From Candidatus Baldrarchaeota archaeon (GTDB lineage: Archaea; Asgardarchaeota; Baldrarchaeia; Baldrarchaeales; DXJG01): DNA of 32,000 nt. The position numbers and the translations under genes were made by a program. This document shows, in pieces, positions 28,516-32,000 of this stretch. Location of the stretch: positions 433,103 through 465,102 of the forward strand of contig DXJG01000002.1 in assembly GCA_019056805.1 (NCBI GenBank). The letters run 5' to 3'. Under the pieces are notes generated by a model. The model had not been told where the DNA came from and did no database searches. It worked only from the letters and a program-made list of their open reading frames with translations. Positions within the stretch are counted from its first letter, which is position 1, and each line of letters opens with the position of its first letter.

Positions 28516-28588
28516 CGTTTTACCATCTCTTTAACTAAATAATATTGAAGTTTTTCAAAGACTAGAAAACTTGAAAGATGATGGCATG

Positions 28589-29032
28589 TTAATCCTTGTT
28601 TGTTATCCAATATGAGCCTTTATCAGTATATTCCTTTTTCCATATTGGTGCTTCTTTTTTGAATCTTTCTACAGCTTCTCTTAAGGCTTGAAACACTTCT
28701 TGCCTGTGTCCTCCAGCAACAACTACGTATACAATATCTTCTCCTACATTAAGCGTTCCAATATTATGGTGGATGTGTACATCCACTACATCATACTTCT
28801 CTATGGTTTCTTCACAAATTTTACTTAAAATTTCGTTAGCCTGTTCCTCATATGCTTCAAACTCTAGTTTCTCAACTCTCCCGCCATCTTTTCCTACCCC
28901 ACGTACAATCCCCACGAAACATGCAATTGCACCAACTTCACTTATCCTTGGATTTTTCTTAATTTCATCAATTACGTTTTGAAGAGTAATTTCACCCTTA
29001 CGGTGGACTTCTCCTTTTCGCAACTTTTCCAC
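28589..29032 (-). CDS. moaE: Molybdopterin synthase catalytic subunit MoaE
   Basis: 'FVGIVRG', 'LEFEAYEEQA', 'HHNIGTLNVGE', 'HRQEVF' and 'APIWKKE'. Confidence 0.95.
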   Translation of the reverse strand: MEKLRKGEVHRKGEITLQNVIDEIKKNPRISEVGAIACFVGIVRGVGKDGGRVEKLEFEAYEEQANEILSKICEETIEKYDVVDVHIHHNIGTLNVGEDIVYVVVAGGHRQEVFQALREAVERFKKEAPIWKKEYTDKGSYWITNKD

Positions 29033-29234
29033 CCCTTACTAAGGGAAATTAACATTCAATATTGATAAATTGGCAAAACGCAAATTTCTAAATAAACATT
29101 TCCTAAGTTACTCACGTCCCCTAATATGCATGCTTTTGTTAGATTAAAGTACGGATTTCTCATGTCTCAGGGAAGAAGGATCTTAGGTAGGAAAAGACAA
29201 AAACATAGCTTTCCAGCCATGATAATCAATTGTA

Positions 29235-29627
29235 TTAAACAATTTCATCGCATATGTCACACATGTCGGGAAACTCGCCCGTTTGCCTATGTATTTCACA
29301 AATGAATTTTTTTGAGCTCCGAAGAGTTTTACAAAGGCGACACATTTCTAATAGTGCACTGATTTTATTCATGGTGTTTTCCGCAATCCCTTTTGCTATT
29401 TTATCTACAGTTTCTTTTACTTCTTTGTTTTTAAGTAGAAGTTCTCCTTTCCACCCTCGTTTCTCCGATAAATAATAGCTTACTGCTGGTTGTGTAAGTC
29501 CAAGTCTCTTAGCTATTTCCTGCTGAGTCAAACCATACTTGTTAAATAACTGATTCACTATCATTGATCTTATCTTAGGTAGGATAACACGGACAATAAC
29601 TTCACAAGGAGGTTTCATGTTTTCCAC
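29235..29627 (-). CDS. Archaeal HTH transcriptional regulator with C-terminal Cys/His cluster (COG2522-like)
   Basis: 'MKPPCEVIV', HTH 'LTQQEIAKRLGLTQPAVSYYL..KRG', then CRLC, ICEIH and CDIC. Confidence 0.85.
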   Translation of the reverse strand: MENMKPPCEVIVRVILPKIRSMIVNQLFNKYGLTQQEIAKRLGLTQPAVSYYLSEKRGWKGELLLKNKEVKETVDKIAKGIAENTMNKISALLEMCRLCKTLRSSKKFICEIHRQTGEFPDMCDICDEIV

Positions 29628-29726
29628 CTACTCAACCTACATTAATGCATATGTATTTATGCACATTTATTCGCTTTACTATAACATCGTTATCAATGTT
29701 TATATACTTTAACCTGAGATAAGTTT

Positions 29727-30491
29727 TTACTTCCCCCCACAAACTGGACATTTCCCATTACGCTGAACATTAACAATTTCGATGGTGAAATCTTCACCAT
29801 CAAATATAAGCAATCTACCAACTAAAGGAGTTCCGATGCCAGTAATTATTTTTATCGCTTCTAAAGCCTCCATTGCACCTATTATTCCTGGCGTGACCCC
29901 TACAATAGGAAATTTTTCAATCTCTCTAGGAGGCCTAGGAAAAATACATTGTAAGCAAGGTCCCCTTTTTGGCAGTATCGTCGTTAATTGACCTGTAAAA
30001 CTATAAACTCCTGCATGGACTAAAGGAATGTTAAGCTTTACACACGCTTCATTTAAAATGTACCTCGTTCTAAAGTTATCAAGGGCATCAATTACAACAT
30101 CTGTTCCTCTAATAAACTCTATAATGTTATTTCTATTAATTTCTTCCTTTATTGTTTCAACTTTTACATTTTTGTTCAACTTTTGTATTTTTTTCTTTGC
30201 AGACTCTACCTTGAGTAATCCTATGTCTTGGTCCCAGTGAAGAATTTGTCTATTCAAATTACTTAACTCAACAACATCCTTATCTATGAGAACAAGTTCT
30301 CCTACACCAGCAACAGCAAGATATATAGCTGCCGGAGATCCCAGCCCACCAACACCAACCACAGCAACTCTTGAAGCTTTCAGCCGTTTTTGCCCCTCAA
30401 CTCCCCATCCCTTAATTATAAGTTGTCTATCGTATCTTTCAATTTCCTCTTTAACCAATTCTAATTTTAGATTCTTAATGTTCCCACTCAT
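29727..30491 (-). CDS. MoeB/ThiF/E1-like adenylyltransferase
   Basis: 'RYDRQ', GVGGLG, 'DKDVVELSNLNRQILH', CLQC and C-terminal CPVC. Confidence 0.95.
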   Translation of the reverse strand: MSGNIKNLKLELVKEEIERYDRQLIIKGWGVEGQKRLKASRVAVVGVGGLGSPAAIYLAVAGVGELVLIDKDVVELSNLNRQILHWDQDIGLLKVESAKKKIQKLNKNVKVETIKEEINRNNIIEFIRGTDVVIDALDNFRTRYILNEACVKLNIPLVHAGVYSFTGQLTTILPKRGPCLQCIFPRPPREIEKFPIVGVTPGIIGAMEALEAIKIITGIGTPLVGRLLIFDGEDFTIEIVNVQRNGKCPVCGGK

Positions 30492-30734
30492 TCATATCAC
30501 CATAAATATCTAAAACTGTACTTTCAGCTTGAATTTTTTCTCAAAATTCTAGTACTATTTTAAGGAAAAATAATAGCTCACTTTCGATTTAAAGTTTCAG
30601 TAGTAAATAAAATAGCTTATAAATTCATTTATTCTTTTACATTATCAGCTAATTGAAGTAAGTTTTAAATATTCTATGTGCATGCTTATTTAGAAGGCTT
30701 TTACGGTTGGAGGTAGGTGATATGTGGAGGAATA

Positions 30735-30968
30735 ATGTTTGCAAGGAAAATCTATAACGCTCCCCCGTCAGCAAAATACATATATCGACTTTTAGAACTT
30801 ATTGGACCCATGAGCAGGACTGAAATCGAGGAAGAAAGCCTTTTACCACCTAGAACTGTTGGTTATGCTCTTAGAATACTGCTTGAAAAAAGACTAATTA
30901 TAAAAACAAGAAATCCGAGAGATAAAAGAAAAATAATATATAAAATAAGTGGTTTGGCAGTTTTTTAG
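30735..30968 (+). CDS. Small winged-helix (MarR-like) DNA-binding protein, about 77 aa
   Basis: 'PPSAKYIYRLL..GPMSRTEIEEESLLPPRTVGYALRIL' and wing 'NPRDKRKIIY'; GGAGG SD before ATG 30735. Confidence 0.8.
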   Translation: MFARKIYNAPPSAKYIYRLLELIGPMSRTEIEEESLLPPRTVGYALRILLEKRLIIKTRNPRDKRKIIYKISGLAVF

Positions 30969-30975
30969 TATAATT

Positions 30976-31635
30976 TTACTGTGTTTCTGAAGTTCCCATC
31001 TCTATTATTTTTTCTATTAATTCTTTTTCTTTTGGCACACCTATACTGAAAACTTTTCCTTGATATGGTTCTGTAGATAATATAACTGTTGGAACTGCCA
31101 TTACCTCAAATTTTTCAGCTATTTCTGGGAATTCATGAGCCTCAATTACATCAGATATAACCTTACCATTACTAGCTATAGCTATTTTATTAGCTATTAA
31201 AACCGCATAAGGACAATAGGGACAAGCTGGTGTGATAATGGTCTCAATTCTAATAGATTTTTCCAAGTTTCTAAGTTTCTCCAAATATTCCTCCGATATC
31301 TGTACATCTCTAGTAGACATAGTTACTATAGTTTCAAGTAACGCCCATCCTTCTTGACCAAGTGGAGCACCTGTGTATCTTACTTCCCCGTTGTCACCTA
31401 TTAATATAATTGGTAACCTTTCAACGTCAAACATCTTCTTTATTTCTTCCTTATCCTCCACTTCTTTAATTTCTAAGCTTATTTTCCCCCTTGATAATTC
31501 CACCAAAGTTTTTAGCAACTCTTCGGTCGGTTCACATAATTCACAATCTTTACCACTGTACAAAGTTATTTTGACGACATTAACCATTTTCTGTAATTTT
31601 TCTTCTATTACTTTTTTATCTTTTTCAGATATCAG
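30976..31635 (-). CDS. Protein disulfide oxidoreductase (PDO, two thioredoxin folds)
   Basis: CELC and CPYC, 'RYTGAPLGQE', 'VMAVPTV'. The homologous N-terminus LISEKDKKVIEEKLQKM extends to CTG 31635 (track start ATG 31587). Confidence 0.9.
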   Translation of the reverse strand: MISEKDKKVIEEKLQKMVNVVKITLYSGKDCELCEPTEELLKTLVELSRGKISLEIKEVEDKEEIKKMFDVERLPIILIGDNGEVRYTGAPLGQEGWALLETIVTMSTRDVQISEEYLEKLRNLEKSIRIETIITPACPYCPYAVLIANKIAIASNGKVISDVIEAHEFPEIAEKFEVMAVPTVILSTEPYQGKVFSIGVPKEKELIEKIIEMGTSETQ

Positions 31636-31959
31636 TTTCTTCTCCTCCTACTGCATATAAAAGAATCTATCTTACTAATATTTTTATCACTTTCACTCCT
31701 TGTATTTGATATTGGACACCAAGGTTTCGGTAACAGTTTACAGTTACATATTTAAGTTAATCGATCTGACATAATAGACCAACAAATATTAAAAGACAAA
31801 TTAAGTTCCCTGCACGTGTAAATTAAAACACTCATATTCAACGTTATGAGTAATATCCCTATAATTGTAAGTTAAATTAAAATGAATAAGTTTACAGACG
31901 TTTAACCGGAGGATAATCTAAGATTTTTGTTCAGGTTTAAATTATGAGGAGGAACCGAA

Positions 31960-32000
31960 TTGTCCTTTGAACTAAAAGATAGAGATGCCCTTGGTAGAAT
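31960..32000 (+). CDS. tgtA: 5' end of archaeosine tRNA-guanine transglycosylase (truncated by the window edge)
   Basis: SD GAGGAGG, TTG start, translation MSFELKDRDALGR, which matches the TGT N-terminus (FE.K.RD..GRIG). Only 13 codons are visible. Confidence 0.7.
   Translation, partial: MSFELKDRDALGR

Noticed and set aside
247-31660. The many 60-150 aa track ORFs nested in or antisense to the genes above
   Set aside because: They overlap well-supported CDSs and lack SDs or motifs, so I treat them as shadow ORFs.
1-32000. CRISPR array, transposase, rRNA, toxin-antitoxin or defence genes; selenocysteine or pyrrolysine readthrough
   Set aside because: None seen. There is no regularly spaced repeat array, and the supported CDSs are uninterrupted and end near expected lengths.

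Overview
AT-rich archaeal chromosome segment (roughly 35% GC by eye). The archaeal call rests on TATA/SD-led genes, a tRNA with a bulge-helix-bulge intron, the start of archaeosine tgtA and a two-CxxC protein disulfide oxidoreductase; the lineage cannot be fixed from this window. It is a dense metal, cofactor and redox neighbourhood. In order: end of an iron/B12-type ABC importer; GvpD/KaiC-like ATPase; LipS2-like lipoyl-synthase radical SAM; B12-binding radical SAM; ABC-2 exporter; FmdE-family protein; DtxR/MntR-feoB operon with a clear operator palindrome and a 52-aa Cys-rich ORF absent from the track; hypD; tRNA-Arg(UCG) with a 26-nt intron; MFS and PAP2-like genes; four-subunit proline-dehydrogenase/sarcosine-oxidase-like genes with the beta gene inverted; NapH-like polyferredoxin; tungsten AOR with its radical SAM maturase; Zn-ribbon CAAX protease; cysS; YbaK-family deacylase; moaE; HTH regulator; MoeB/E1-like enzyme; small wHTH; PDO apparently starting at CTG; 5' end of tgtA. 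I saw no CRISPR array, mobile element, rRNA or defence system, and I cannot claim a wholly new system. The best leads are the Feo-linked Cys-rich microprotein and its operator, the CTG-initiated PDO, the partnerless LipS2-like enzyme, the inverted oxidase beta gene and a GC-rich intergenic hairpin at 8527-8624. All family calls come from motif recognition and recall, not database searches.
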